From IMG/VR virus record IMGVR_UViG_3300044966_000489: a DNA stretch of 64,000 bases. One strand, 5' to 3'. Origin of the DNA: a virus. Below are positions 8,511 to 18,904 of this stretch, one piece after another; position 1 is the stretch's first letter; each line of letters opens with the position of its first letter. Both the position numbers and the translations under genes were made by a program. The notes under the pieces are model-generated. The model was not told the DNA's origin, made no database searches, and saw only the letters and a list, made by a program, of their open reading frames with translations.

Positions 8511-9352
8511 AGGTCTATCTTTGCGGTATAACGCAAAATCAACTTAAAAACATAGACGACCTAACTAAAAATTGCTATCAAGCTTTTGATGGTTTAATTT
8601 ATGTTGATGGTGGATCTACAGACGGTACAAAAGAACTTCTAGAAGAGAGAAAAGGCTGTGGTCAAGTTATTTACCGCAAATGGACTAACGACCATGACTT
8701 TCAAATGAATGAATTCTTGCGCCAAGGACCAATGGAAATTGGCGATTGGTTCGTCCTTAGAGATTCTAGAGAGAGATTCAATACTGAATGGATTGCCGAT
8801 ATCAAGAATCTCATTTCCAAAGCCAAGAACTCAGGAATTAGATCAATATATAATTACGGCAAAGGATTCGCTTTTGAATACTACGACGATATGTTCTTTC
8901 ATGGTTCTCCTCATTGGGGATTAGTTGGAGCCAGAAATCAAGCAGTAGACTTAAGTCAATTCTTTGATGAAAACAAGAAAGAGCATACTTGGAGATTAAG
9001 AGATGGAGAAGATGATCCAGAAAGAGACGAGTCTTACTATATCGATCACTTTTTTAAATATTACTACGTCTACGGAAGAAGTAATCATCTTCTATTGGGT
9101 CGAGAAAATGATAGAGAAGGTTTTCAGAAAGCTGAAGCTAGAAGAGTAGAGTTTAGAATGTATTGTCATTCTATCGGTTTAGAGTTTACAGCAGAGTCAT
9201 TTCTAAACTATTCAAAAAATTCTGGAGCAAATGATTTTAAGTTTAAGTCATTTATTAATTCAGAGGTTATTCTTAAAGATTTTTATAGAAAGAAAGTCCT
9301 AAACGAGCCTCTCAAAAGCATACAGGAAAACAAATTTTTAATCGTGACATGA
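8507..9352 (+). CDS. Glycosyltransferase family 2-like
   Basis: YVDGGSTDGT, W..DHDFQMN, LRDSRE (DxDE-like). Confidence 0.8.
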   Translation: MKVYLCGITQNQLKNIDDLTKNCYQAFDGLIYVDGGSTDGTKELLEERKGCGQVIYRKWTNDHDFQMNEFLRQGPMEIGDWFVLRDSRERFNTEWIADIKNLISKAKNSGIRSIYNYGKGFAFEYYDDMFFHGSPHWGLVGARNQAVDLSQFFDENKKEHTWRLRDGEDDPERDESYYIDHFFKYYYVYGRSNHLLLGRENDREGFQKAEARRVEFRMYCHSIGLEFTAESFLNYSKNSGANDFKFKSFINSEVILKDFYRKKVLNEPLKSIQENKFLIVT

Positions 9353-10110
9353 AATTTTCTTCATATACTTCCGCCTTTAATCTCATCAAGATGGGATTCG
9401 ATTGGCAGAACTCGCTTCTAAACTATTCTCAGTTTATGGACGAGGTAGTCCTAGCTATTAATAAATCAGAAGATAATACATTTGAAATAGTTAATCAGTT
9501 CATAGTTGATAGAGATATTTCAAACATTACTCTTTGTCAATGTAATTTTGATTATGATGACTTAGCGTTTGATGGCAAGATAAAGAATTTCGCTCTTCAG
9601 CACACTATTGGAGATATAAAAATTTCATGCGATATTGATGAAAGATTTCCGTTGTATCAGAAAGATCTGTGGAGAAGAGCCGCCGAATATCTACTTTCAC
9701 AAAACCAAGCTTCTGCATTTCTAATTCCAAGTATTAATTTATGCGGTGACATTTATCATTATAAAGATATTGGCTATAAGTGGTATATGCACAAAGATGG
9801 TTTATATCGTGGTGTTGTTAACTTTGCCAAGAAACAAGACGGAAAGATAGATACAGACAAAAGCGACACCTGTGAATTAATCGACGCAAACGGAAACCTT
9901 GTACAAACCCTTATGTTCAATAATTCAATAGAAAAGCTTAGAGAAGGAGAAACTCCTTATGTTTTCCATTATTGGGCCGTAGATAAAAAACAGAGAGAAA
10001 GACAAAATGAATTCTGGCAACCTGTTTGGTCTAATCGCGCAGGGAAAGAAATAAATACAAAAACTGATTTTTCAAAGATAGAAATAAAAGAGCATAGTTT
10101 AAAGATATGA
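9349..10110 (+). CDS. Glycosyltransferase family 2-like
   Basis: DEVVLA..SEDNT, KNFALQ, CDIDE (DxD). Confidence 0.8.
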   Translation: MKFSSYTSAFNLIKMGFDWQNSLLNYSQFMDEVVLAINKSEDNTFEIVNQFIVDRDISNITLCQCNFDYDDLAFDGKIKNFALQHTIGDIKISCDIDERFPLYQKDLWRRAAEYLLSQNQASAFLIPSINLCGDIYHYKDIGYKWYMHKDGLYRGVVNFAKKQDGKIDTDKSDTCELIDANGNLVQTLMFNNSIEKLREGETPYVFHYWAVDKKQRERQNEFWQPVWSNRAGKEINTKTDFSKIEIKEHSLKI

Positions 10111-10769
10111 AAAATTTTTTAATAAATCAGTGTATAGAATCTGTTTATAATTCAGACAGAAATATTTCAAAAGTCAGCAATGATATTTTAAATATAGAAG
10201 GGATGAGCAGTCCCAAAGTTAGACACTTAATGAATAATCTTTGCTCTTTTGATAATTGTAGATATTTAGAAGTAGGAAGCTGGATGGGATCAACCTTATG
10301 CTCTGCCGCATTTAAAAATAAAGGTCATTTTATAGGAGTAGATAATTTTAGCGAATTCCATTCTTCAGTAAATAGCGGACATAAAAACAGTCAAGAAACG
10401 ATAAAAAATAAATTAATAACCAATATCAGTTCTTTAAATCAAAGAAATATAGATTTCCAAGAAAAAGATTTTTTTAGTTCTAATCTTGAAATAAAAGATA
10501 AAATAAATGTCTTTTTTTATGACGGTGTTCACAGTAAGAAAAGTCAATACGAGAATTTAAGCATAGCAAAACCTTTTCTTGATGAGTATTTTATTTATCT
10601 TGTTGATGATTTTTATTGCCAAGTCAGTCTTCCAAAAGCTTGTTCTTTATTTGCAATAAACGATTTTAAATTTGAAGTCTTTTTCTACTGCGAATTGCCC
10701 AGTAATAAAAAGGATGAACCGCTTTATCATGGAGGAATAGGAATGTTTGTTTTGAAAAATTATTTTTAA
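10107..10769 (+). CDS. Class I SAM methyltransferase (Methyltransf_24-like)
   Basis: YLEVGSWMGST, GVDNF, FFYDGVH, LVDD. Confidence 0.85.
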   Translation: MKNFLINQCIESVYNSDRNISKVSNDILNIEGMSSPKVRHLMNNLCSFDNCRYLEVGSWMGSTLCSAAFKNKGHFIGVDNFSEFHSSVNSGHKNSQETIKNKLITNISSLNQRNIDFQEKDFFSSNLEIKDKINVFFYDGVHSKKSQYENLSIAKPFLDEYFIYLVDDFYCQVSLPKACSLFAINDFKFEVFFYCELPSNKKDEPLYHGGIGMFVLKNYF

Positions 10770-10772
10770 TAT

Positions 10773-11522
10773 ATGAATCAGCTCCCATTAAATTTATTAA
10801 TTTTTACTACTACTAGAGGTCACTTTGGATTTCAAGATGTTTACAAGACCTCTATTAATTTCATGGAAAAAAAGCTTGGAAGCTTAAATGTATTTTCCAA
10901 TCGCATTGCTCATATAAAGGTTAGAGGGAATGAAGTAGAAAGAGAAAGATTACCAGAGATGGTATCTTTTTTTAATTCAAAGAATATTGAGACAATAGTT
11001 ACTCATGGCGACTGGGAAAGAGGAATGTCTCATCAGAACGAATATCTTAAAGATATAAACAAGAGCGTTAACACTAAACAAATTCAATCTTCTCCATACA
11101 CTCTTTGGTTTGAAGACGATTCGCCAATAGAAGGCAAAGATGTTTTTGATTCTCTTTTTAAATCAATTCGCATTCTTGAGCAAAATCAAGAAGTCTTAAA
11201 TATAAGATACATAAGAGAAGGTCTAAAAGAAAACGAGCATTTTTATAAAATAGATCAGGAAATCTGCTTTTCAAATACTTTTGATTTTCAACCAAATGTT
11301 TCTAGATCTAGAGACCTACTGTGTGCTTCTAATTTAATAAATAGGAATTGGGAATACTTTAAAAATATACAGTGCGAAATGGCTTTTAGATTGGCGATGG
11401 AAAACTTCAGTGCTTCAAAATTTAAATTCTTAGGATTTAATCCTGATTTATATTTTTCGTATCATATTGGGACTCCAGAATATAATAAGTTTTTACAAGA
11501 TCATGCTGACTATCTCAAATAA
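10773..11522 (+). CDS. Putative GT-A glycosyltransferase
   Basis: YTLWFEDD motif, C-terminal YHIG; position within the GT cluster. Confidence 0.55.
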   Translation: MNQLPLNLLIFTTTRGHFGFQDVYKTSINFMEKKLGSLNVFSNRIAHIKVRGNEVERERLPEMVSFFNSKNIETIVTHGDWERGMSHQNEYLKDINKSVNTKQIQSSPYTLWFEDDSPIEGKDVFDSLFKSIRILEQNQEVLNIRYIREGLKENEHFYKIDQEICFSNTFDFQPNVSRSRDLLCASNLINRNWEYFKNIQCEMAFRLAMENFSASKFKFLGFNPDLYFSYHIGTPEYNKFLQDHADYLK

Positions 11523-12219
11523 CGCAGGTTCGTTAGGTGATTATCTAAGTTTAACCCCTTTATTTAATCACACTCAGTGTACTGTACAAATATTTGAAAA
11601 CGAAAGATCAAGAGAACTGTCAAAAGTTTACGATGGTCTTGCAGATATTGAATTTGTAAATCATCCCGTTCCTCCTGTTAATCAGACAGATGAAGAAGTC
11701 TGTTTTTCACAAAGAATCTTAAATTATTACAAAGCATTTGATCAAAGCCCAATTCCCAAAATAAAGATAACGAAAGAAGAAGAAGAATGGGCTACTGAGT
11801 TTTTGTCTAAGTATAAAAATCCAATATGTTTCAATAGAACGGTTGGCAAACCAGACACGGGACATCCTTTAGCCAAGTATAGACAGATCTCAGTAAACAT
11901 ATCTAAACAAATAATCTCTCAGTGCGAAAGCTCTGGATATACAGTTTTAAATTTTTGTCTATCTTCTAATTATGAAAAAATAAGCGATGAAATCCCTGTT
12001 TTAGATTTACCAATAAGAAAACTAGCCGCTTGTTTCTATAAAATAAAAAAGTACATTGGCTCAGACACAGGAGATTATCATTTAATGCTTTCTGTCGGTG
12101 GAAACGTAAAAGTTTTGGTTCCTCCATCTGACTGGCACTATGATCATAAAAAGCATTTGTATTTAGATTACGCTTGGAAAAACGAACCAAAGAGAGCAGA
12201 TTACTATTTAATAAAATGA
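11503..12219 (+). CDS. Glycosyltransferase family 9-like (heptosyltransferase fold)
   Basis: GSLGDYL N-terminus, YIGSDTGDYHL; start placed at MLTIS. Confidence 0.75.
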   Translation: MLTISNNAGSLGDYLSLTPLFNHTQCTVQIFENERSRELSKVYDGLADIEFVNHPVPPVNQTDEEVCFSQRILNYYKAFDQSPIPKIKITKEEEEWATEFLSKYKNPICFNRTVGKPDTGHPLAKYRQISVNISKQIISQCESSGYTVLNFCLSSNYEKISDEIPVLDLPIRKLAACFYKIKKYIGSDTGDYHLMLSVGGNVKVLVPPSDWHYDHKKHLYLDYAWKNEPKRADYYLIK

Positions 12220-12866
12220 ATATACAATCAAAAAACCAATACGCAAGATTTTCTGCGTTAAAACAAATAGGCTTTAATCCTAAAAGAATACTAGATATTG
12301 GAGCTTATCAAGGAGAATGGGCATTAATGGCGAAAAATATTTGGCCCGATTCAGAAATAACATTATTTGAAGCAAACAAATTTTGCGAAGCTAAGATAAA
12401 AGAAAATGGATTTACCAATTACTATATAGAGGTTCTTGGGGACGAGAATAAAGAAGTGGATTTCAACGTGTGCCTAACTGGATGCGGAGAAGGGAACTCT
12501 ATCTATAAAGAGCAATCTGTATTTCCATTTGACACAGTGAAGCGTCAAATGAAGCGACTTGATGACATAATCCAAAGTAAATTTGACTTTGTAAAAATGG
12601 ACACTCAAGGTTCTGAAAAAGCAATTATTGAAGGAGGGAAAAATGTTATTGCTAATGCTCCGCTAGTTCAAATAGAAACTCAAGTACAAGAATATAATAA
12701 AAATGCGCCTTTTGTAAACGATATTATTAATTATATGATGTCTTTAGACTATAGGATTCTTGATATAACTGATTTTCATTATAATTCAAGCAATGTTCTG
12801 ATTCAGGTAGACATTCTTTTTGCTAAGAAAAATATGCAGATTTTTAATTTGCCTTGCTATAGCTAA
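12216..12866 (+). CDS. FkbM family methyltransferase
   Basis: ILDIGAYQG, FEAN, RLDD, VKMDTQGSE. Confidence 0.9.
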   Translation: MNIQSKNQYARFSALKQIGFNPKRILDIGAYQGEWALMAKNIWPDSEITLFEANKFCEAKIKENGFTNYYIEVLGDENKEVDFNVCLTGCGEGNSIYKEQSVFPFDTVKRQMKRLDDIIQSKFDFVKMDTQGSEKAIIEGGKNVIANAPLVQIETQVQEYNKNAPFVNDIINYMMSLDYRILDITDFHYNSSNVLIQVDILFAKKNMQIFNLPCYS

Positions 12867-12867
12867 T

Positions 12868-13419
12868 ATGAAAAACGGCAAAACAGTACTAGCAGAAATT
12901 GGAGTTGGGCCTCTAAGCATGGCTTTTGGAAAATTAGTTTGGGACAGGCCAGACTTAGAAGTTTTAATGTTTGAACCTCATCCAAAATACTATGCAGATA
13001 TAGTTAAAGAGTGTAATGGAAGACCAAACGTTAAAATATTTAATTATGCAATTGGAGATTTTGATGGAGAATCATTTTTTTATGATGACGAAACATCGTC
13101 TTCTCTTGATGGCATCCAATCTCCCATAATTCAAAACGATACTCCAGAGCGAAATAAAAACAAAATAAAAGTAAACGTAAGGAAGATATCTAATTTTGAC
13201 GATGGTTCAATAGACTACTTAAGATTAGATACAGAAGGCGCAGAGTGGTTTACTTTAAAACATCTCGTTAGCAGACCAAGACAAATAACTGTAGAAATCT
13301 ATAACGATCTAGCAACATATATTAATCCTTACTTGCTTGAAATAGAACAATGGGCAGCATTAAACGGATACACTAGAGTAGCTGTACAAGATTCTGATTT
13401 TATTTATGAAAGACAGTAA
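12868..13419 (+). CDS. FkbM family methyltransferase
   Basis: EIGVG, FEPHP, NYAIG, LRLDTEGAE. Confidence 0.85.
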   Translation: MKNGKTVLAEIGVGPLSMAFGKLVWDRPDLEVLMFEPHPKYYADIVKECNGRPNVKIFNYAIGDFDGESFFYDDETSSSLDGIQSPIIQNDTPERNKNKIKVNVRKISNFDDGSIDYLRLDTEGAEWFTLKHLVSRPRQITVEIYNDLATYINPYLLEIEQWAALNGYTRVAVQDSDFIYERQ

Positions 13420-13696
13420 GCCAATAGAATTTTATCACGAACAAGTTAGCAAAATGATAACTATTACAATTATTAGATCTTTTATAAAAGACTCTAGTTG
13501 TAAAGAGCTTTCCGACATTTTATGGAGAATTTTTCATAAAAAAGAAAGGATTGTTAACAATATAGCTAAGTACGTTAAAGTAATGGTTGAAGAAAAAGAT
13601 AAAAACATTGATGATGTGTTAAACTCTGTTTCATTTTTTGCTTTTATTTTAAAAGAATATGCGTACAAAAACATAGGTCAACCTATTAATAAATAA
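13406..13696 (+). CDS. Hypothetical protein
   Basis: ORF overlapping its upstream neighbour within the operon. Confidence 0.6.
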   Translation: MKDSKPIEFYHEQVSKMITITIIRSFIKDSSCKELSDILWRIFHKKERIVNNIAKYVKVMVEEKDKNIDDVLNSVSFFAFILKEYAYKNIGQPINK

Positions 13697-13697
13697 T

Positions 13698-14306
13698 ATG
13701 TATCACGAAATCATTCCTTCTTTTATAGATGTGCCTTTTAAATTTCACAAACAGGCTGTCTTAGGGTCAAGCGACAATGATATTCTTTGCGAAGTTAACT
13801 GTTCTTTTTTTGGAAAGACATCTTGTTACGCTTTAGAGCTAATGTATTTAAATCAAAAAAAATGCAAGTTCTACTGTTTTGATTTATTTAATTGCGTTCC
13901 TCACCCTGTTGATGGAGAACCGATAAGAGAAAAAACCCCTTGGGGTGAAGATACTAATAAATGGTTAGATAGAGTTGGCGGCAATCATAAACTTTTAGAT
14001 GCTTTTGATTTTTATTTAGAAAACTTTCCTCATAATAAGCTTCTTACAAGCAGGGCGCAGTTTACTTCATGGCAAGCCGCTCATGAGTTTTTAGATAATT
14101 CCGTCTTCTATGTATTTATCAGATGCTCTGAAAACTATCAGCATACAAGAAATGATTTAATAGATTGGTTCAAAAAAATAAAGACTGGCGGCTCTATCGT
14201 TCTTTTCAATGCCAACAGCGAAGCAGTTAGAGCAATACACGATGTATCAAGAGAATTCGGTCTTAATAGTTCTTTTGAAGAAAACTGTTTTGTATTTAAT
14301 AAATGA
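13698..14306 (+). CDS. Degenerate SAM methyltransferase-like protein
   Basis: EVNCSFFGKT, CFDLF, F.DNSV.YVFI, DW..KIKTGG resemble Methyltransf_24 with altered catalytic motifs. Confidence 0.55.
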   Translation: MYHEIIPSFIDVPFKFHKQAVLGSSDNDILCEVNCSFFGKTSCYALELMYLNQKKCKFYCFDLFNCVPHPVDGEPIREKTPWGEDTNKWLDRVGGNHKLLDAFDFYLENFPHNKLLTSRAQFTSWQAAHEFLDNSVFYVFIRCSENYQHTRNDLIDWFKKIKTGGSIVLFNANSEAVRAIHDVSREFGLNSSFEENCFVFNK

Positions 14307-15124
14307 ATAGAATAATCTTAGGAAACCAAGGTCAATTTGGAGACCTATGTATAAATACAGTTGCCTTTAAAAAAATAAAGGAATTGAACCCAGAATCTTT
14401 TCTGGTAATGTCTATTAATAAAAAATATACTGAAATCTCTCCTATATTTTTAAACAATCCATTTATCGATTCTTTAATCGTTTGGGATCAATACGATGGC
14501 TGGCCTAACGAAAAAGATTTGCTGTTAATAAAAAATTATAAAAACACCACTTTATACCATCCCATGCCGCCGCATACTAATAACGCATGGTTTTTAAACT
14601 CTCATCAAACAGAAGAAGCGGCGTTCATGAACGGATACAGCGGGAATAGATTTCCAAATGGCGAGCAATGCATCTTAACAAAATGGTTCGATACTGATAA
14701 AAATTTAAACTTTGTGGCCTTTTCTCCTTTTGCGGGTTTCTATAGTCCCAATAATAAGAAAATGCTATCTATTGAAAACGCTCAAAAAATTGTTAATTTA
14801 ATTAAATCTAAAGGCTATAATGTAATACAATTAGGTGGGTCAAATGAACCTGTTCTTGATGGGGTAATAAAAGAAAACGGTTCCTTTTTCTCTTCGATTA
14901 AAACTGCTCTTTCTTGTAAATTTTATATTGGCACAGACACAGGGATGACTTGGATTTTGTCCGCTTACTCTCATCCAAGTCTTGGTCTTTATTCGTATGA
15001 ATATTACACAAAAGATTATGTAAAAAATATTCAACCAATAAATCCAAATGCAATTTATTTAAGTGAACCCAATGTAAATCAAATAACAATAGAACAAATA
15101 GAAGAATCAATAAAGAATTTTTAA
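14303..15124 (+). CDS. Glycosyltransferase family 9-like
   Basis: GQFGDLCI, NNPFID, IQLGG, YIGTDTGMTW. Confidence 0.8.
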   Translation: MNRIILGNQGQFGDLCINTVAFKKIKELNPESFLVMSINKKYTEISPIFLNNPFIDSLIVWDQYDGWPNEKDLLLIKNYKNTTLYHPMPPHTNNAWFLNSHQTEEAAFMNGYSGNRFPNGEQCILTKWFDTDKNLNFVAFSPFAGFYSPNNKKMLSIENAQKIVNLIKSKGYNVIQLGGSNEPVLDGVIKENGSFFSSIKTALSCKFYIGTDTGMTWILSAYSHPSLGLYSYEYYTKDYVKNIQPINPNAIYLSEPNVNQITIEQIEESIKNF

Positions 15125-15125
15125 T

Positions 15126-15725
15126 ATGGGAAATCTAAAAACATTTAATGTAGGATATTTTAAGTCAAAAGTAAATGCAACAGCGTTTTTTGAAACCGGA
15201 TTAGGATCTGGATCAGGATTATTATATGCTTCGATATTTGGATTTCAAACTCTTATTTCTACTGATATTGATAAAAATGCAATTCTAAGATTCAAAAGCC
15301 AATACGCCGAAGCTTTACAAAAAACAAACCAAGTTTTTTTATTTGAGGGCAATAGTGCAGAAGTTTTGGATAAAACGCTTCCTATTATAAGTAACCACAA
15401 TTCATGCATTTTTTGGTTAGATGCTCATTTCCCCGGAGAGACAAGCGGATACTCTTACGAGCATGAAAAAGATATATCGGTAAGACTTCCCCTAGAACAA
15501 GAAATAGAAATTATTTTAAAGCACAGGAAGTCTAATAAGGATATTTTAATAATTGATGATTTGCGTATTTATGAAAAAAGAAATTACGAAGCCAAGTCAT
15601 TAGACGATATAGGTCTTGGACATCTTGCTAAATACGATAATAAAGTAAATGAACTCTTAGCTCAAAAGTTTGATATTTATAAGTTTGATCTAGATACTGG
15701 ATTTGTAGTTTGCCTACCTAAATAA
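15126..15725 (+). CDS. SAM methyltransferase-like protein
   Basis: FFETGLGSG, GNSAEVL, FWLDAH, ILIIDDLR. Confidence 0.7.
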   Translation: MGNLKTFNVGYFKSKVNATAFFETGLGSGSGLLYASIFGFQTLISTDIDKNAILRFKSQYAEALQKTNQVFLFEGNSAEVLDKTLPIISNHNSCIFWLDAHFPGETSGYSYEHEKDISVRLPLEQEIEIILKHRKSNKDILIIDDLRIYEKRNYEAKSLDDIGLGHLAKYDNKVNELLAQKFDIYKFDLDTGFVVCLPK

Positions 15726-15726
15726 T

Positions 15727-16392
15727 ATGAAAAAATTTGGAATAAGAATGGATGGAAATGAAACTTCTATCGAAGAATCATTTAAGAAATATTTAGAAAC
15801 CAATGAAAGTGATTTTAAATATTTAGAAATTGGTGCCGCTGGCACAGTTTCTATGAAATCAATTTATGAAATTGTTTCTGAAAATATTAAACACAATAAC
15901 TGGGAAATTCATGGTTTGGATTTGCCAAATGGCTGGAGCTTAGATTGGAATCAAATTGCAAACTTTAATCATCCTCTTTGTCTATATATTAATGGAATTC
16001 AGAATTTAGCTAGATTTGATACTTTTGCTAAAGCTTCTTTGTGGCTTCAAAGTGATCCAAGAAAGTGGATTTCTGAACTAAAAGATGAGTCTATTGATGT
16101 GTGCTTTATTGATGGATGTCATGGCGCACCGTGCGTAACAGCAGATTTTAAAGCCGTGCAATCCAAAATTAAAAAAGGCGGAATTGTCTTTTTTCATGAT
16201 GCAGGAGAACCAGAGCAAGGAACAGACTGGCAAGGTCACTGTAATGAATATATCAATGTTAGAAAAGCTATAATAAACCTTGGATTATTTGAAAACAAAC
16301 TTGAAAACTGGCAATTTGTAAACGAAACAAACGGAAGCAGAAAAAATGGAGGAGACGGCAACAGTTGCGTTTTTATTAAAAAAATTAAATAA
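15727..16392 (+). CDS. Class I SAM methyltransferase (Methyltransf_24-like)
   Basis: YLEIGAA, FIDGCH, GGIVFFHD. Confidence 0.85.
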   Translation: MKKFGIRMDGNETSIEESFKKYLETNESDFKYLEIGAAGTVSMKSIYEIVSENIKHNNWEIHGLDLPNGWSLDWNQIANFNHPLCLYINGIQNLARFDTFAKASLWLQSDPRKWISELKDESIDVCFIDGCHGAPCVTADFKAVQSKIKKGGIVFFHDAGEPEQGTDWQGHCNEYINVRKAIINLGLFENKLENWQFVNETNGSRKNGGDGNSCVFIKKIK

Positions 16393-16394
16393 AT

Positions 16395-16952
16395 ATGAAT
16401 CAATATCTTAATCATTTTTTAAACTCAAAGGGAAATAGAGATTTAATATTTCAAGACGCATTAAACTCTTTTTCTGGAAAGTCTATTCGCATTCTTGAAA
16501 TTGGAGCCACAAGAAATTTAGACAATTATTCTAGAATGGCTGATGGCTGGAGTTCTCTGCATTATTATTCTTATATAAAAAAGAATGGAGGATCTTTGAC
16601 TATTTGCGACATAAGCGAATCTTCATTGAGCAATTGCAAAAAACTTTTTGAAAACCTAACATCAGATGTTGATGTAAAGTTTCTTTTAGCTGATGGTACA
16701 GCTTTAATAGATGATTCGTATGATCTTATTTATTTAGATGGAGGAGATGATCCAAAAGACATGGTAACTCAGCTTTCCAAAATTAATCTTAATTCTCAAA
16801 AAGTCCTATGCGATGACTTTCATACAAAAGGGTCTATAGCTAGAAATATTTTTTCAAATTGTACTCTTTATAAATGGGAAGGTCATAGTCACGAAATGGC
16901 TTTTTACAGACAGAATTACAAAGGGGTTATTTTTTGCAGTACCATACAGTAA
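16395..16952 (+). CDS. Class I SAM methyltransferase-like protein
   Basis: ILEIGATR, YDLIYLDG, LCDD. Confidence 0.75.
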   Translation: MNQYLNHFLNSKGNRDLIFQDALNSFSGKSIRILEIGATRNLDNYSRMADGWSSLHYYSYIKKNGGSLTICDISESSLSNCKKLFENLTSDVDVKFLLADGTALIDDSYDLIYLDGGDDPKDMVTQLSKINLNSQKVLCDDFHTKGSIARNIFSNCTLYKWEGHSHEMAFYRQNYKGVIFCSTIQ

Positions 16953-17807
16953 ATGAAAATTGCAAGCTTTGGTGCCGAACATTTTCTTGGTCAACTTCCT
17001 AGGATAAGAGAAGGTTGGCAATTTTTAGGTCATGAATGCTGCGAAGGCAAGACCGATATAATCTATTCTAATGACCCTTCTGGGTACGACAAAGCAATAC
17101 AAGCAAAAGAAGTTTATGGCGGAATACTTATTTTAAATGTTTTAGATATCCCTTTTCATCTTAATGAAATAAACAAAATACTTAATGAACTAAAACCAAA
17201 ACTTCAAAAAGCAGACATAATAACATCAATAAGTAAAACTACCGCTTTAGCTTTAAAAAAATACTTAGGGCTAAACTCTTATGTAATTTATAACCCAATA
17301 AAAGATGTAAGCTTTTTTAATTTAAAAAAAGAACACGCTTTTATGTCTGTTGGAAGACTAGCGGACCCAAATAAAAGATTTTATTTGACATTAAACTCTG
17401 TAAGCTTATTCAATCAAAAAATAAATATATTTGGATCAGATACTATTAATGTTCAAAACGACAAAATAAATGGACACGGCATAGTCTCAGACGAAGTGCT
17501 AGAAAAGTTTTATAACACCACAAAATTTTATCTAGCCACTTCTTATAACGAAGGATTGTGCCTCCCGATGATAGAGGCATTAGTTTGCGGCTGCATTCCA
17601 ATCGTATGCCGAGACATGACTACAGCAGAGGAATTTATTCCAGAAGAATTTTTATGTGATCCAGATCACAATAAAATAGCAGAAAAAATCTCAATAATTA
17701 ATCAAGAGTATGATTTATACCTTAAAATAGCATTAGCATTTGGAAAAAAGTACTCTAAAATATTTAACAAAAACTCTATAGCTAATAATATATTAAATCT
17801 ACTATGA
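16953..17807 (+). CDS. Glycosyltransferase family 4
   Basis: VGRLADPNK, SYNEGLCLPMIEALVCG. Confidence 0.85.
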   Translation: MKIASFGAEHFLGQLPRIREGWQFLGHECCEGKTDIIYSNDPSGYDKAIQAKEVYGGILILNVLDIPFHLNEINKILNELKPKLQKADIITSISKTTALALKKYLGLNSYVIYNPIKDVSFFNLKKEHAFMSVGRLADPNKRFYLTLNSVSLFNQKINIFGSDTINVQNDKINGHGIVSDEVLEKFYNTTKFYLATSYNEGLCLPMIEALVCGCIPIVCRDMTTAEEFIPEEFLCDPDHNKIAEKISIINQEYDLYLKIALAFGKKYSKIFNKNSIANNILNLL

Positions 17808-18565
17808 AAATAGGAATTCTAGGTTGTGGATATGACTGTGTTAACGATTTGGAACAGAGGCTAAAACCTTGGTTTGAAGCAGCGAAAGAATTTAATATTG
17901 TCTTTTCTTTTGTGTCTTGTATGTTTAAGGAATATAAAGACTTAAACGTTAACATAGACAATTCAAAAACAATTGAGTATTTTAACAATTTAAAAAGCAA
18001 TGGCACGATACAGCATTTCAATACCTCTTCAGAAGCTCTGCTTGAATCTGATGCAAGAAACTTAGCTTTATTTCCTCTATTATCTGACAATGTTGACTGC
18101 GTTTGGTTGCTAGATCTAAGTGATGAGTATTATTCTTTGAATGATATTAAGTCGATTATTTCTTATATTAAAAACGATAAGTTCAATCAATGGTACGGAA
18201 TTAATTTTAAAAACTACATCCTAGACGGAAAGCAATGGGTTGATGATTTCTGCCCACCAAGAATTTTCTTTAATTCAAGAGGATTAAAGATTGCTAAGTT
18301 TTACTGGGATAATGATCTTATTTATTCTAATGGTCGTGATGAATTAAACTATAAGTACTTAGTTAATCAAAAAATACCAAAACATTTTGCCCACGTTCGC
18401 CATATGACTTGGCTTCATTCCAATGGCAAACTAAAAGTAGAATATCAGAACAGGCACTTTGGGCATTGTTCATATAAATGGAATGATGCAAAAAATGAAT
18501 TAGAAATCGATAGAAACTTTTTTGTAAAAAATAATATCCCGCAACCTATAATACATTTAGATTAA
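17804..18565 (+). CDS. Putative GT-A glycosyltransferase
   Basis: ESDARN.AL, WLLDLSDEYY, PPRIF, HMTW. Confidence 0.6.
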   Translation: MKIGILGCGYDCVNDLEQRLKPWFEAAKEFNIVFSFVSCMFKEYKDLNVNIDNSKTIEYFNNLKSNGTIQHFNTSSEALLESDARNLALFPLLSDNVDCVWLLDLSDEYYSLNDIKSIISYIKNDKFNQWYGINFKNYILDGKQWVDDFCPPRIFFNSRGLKIAKFYWDNDLIYSNGRDELNYKYLVNQKIPKHFAHVRHMTWLHSNGKLKVEYQNRHFGHCSYKWNDAKNELEIDRNFFVKNNIPQPIIHLD

Positions 18566-18904
18566 ATGATTAACATTTGCGTAGATGAAGCTTATGCTTT
18601 TGATTATTTAAGCATATTACAAATAAAGAGCAGTCGTTCAGAACAAGCTAAACAAGCTTGGCAAAACTGCTATAATTATCTAAAAGCGCAATTGCCAAAT
18701 GACTTGTTTATCCAAATTATTAACTCACAAGAATATGAAAATCTGCTATCAGTTAATAAGAAAACTTTTGATGCTGTTGAGCTTGCTAGATATGGTAATA
18801 TCTCAGCAAAAGAAGTTGATAACGCAAACATGGAAAGACATCACGCGAAAGTAGTGTTACAAAAAAGATTTTTTCTCACTAATCTAACGGAACAAAAAAC
18901 ATGA
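18566..18904 (+). CDS. Conserved hypothetical protein associated with glycosylation loci
   Basis: D.LSILQIK..L..VN...FD..E..R...N.ER pattern. Confidence 0.55.
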   Translation: MINICVDEAYAFDYLSILQIKSSRSEQAKQAWQNCYNYLKAQLPNDLFIQIINSQEYENLLSVNKKTFDAVELARYGNISAKEVDNANMERHHAKVVLQKRFFLTNLTEQKT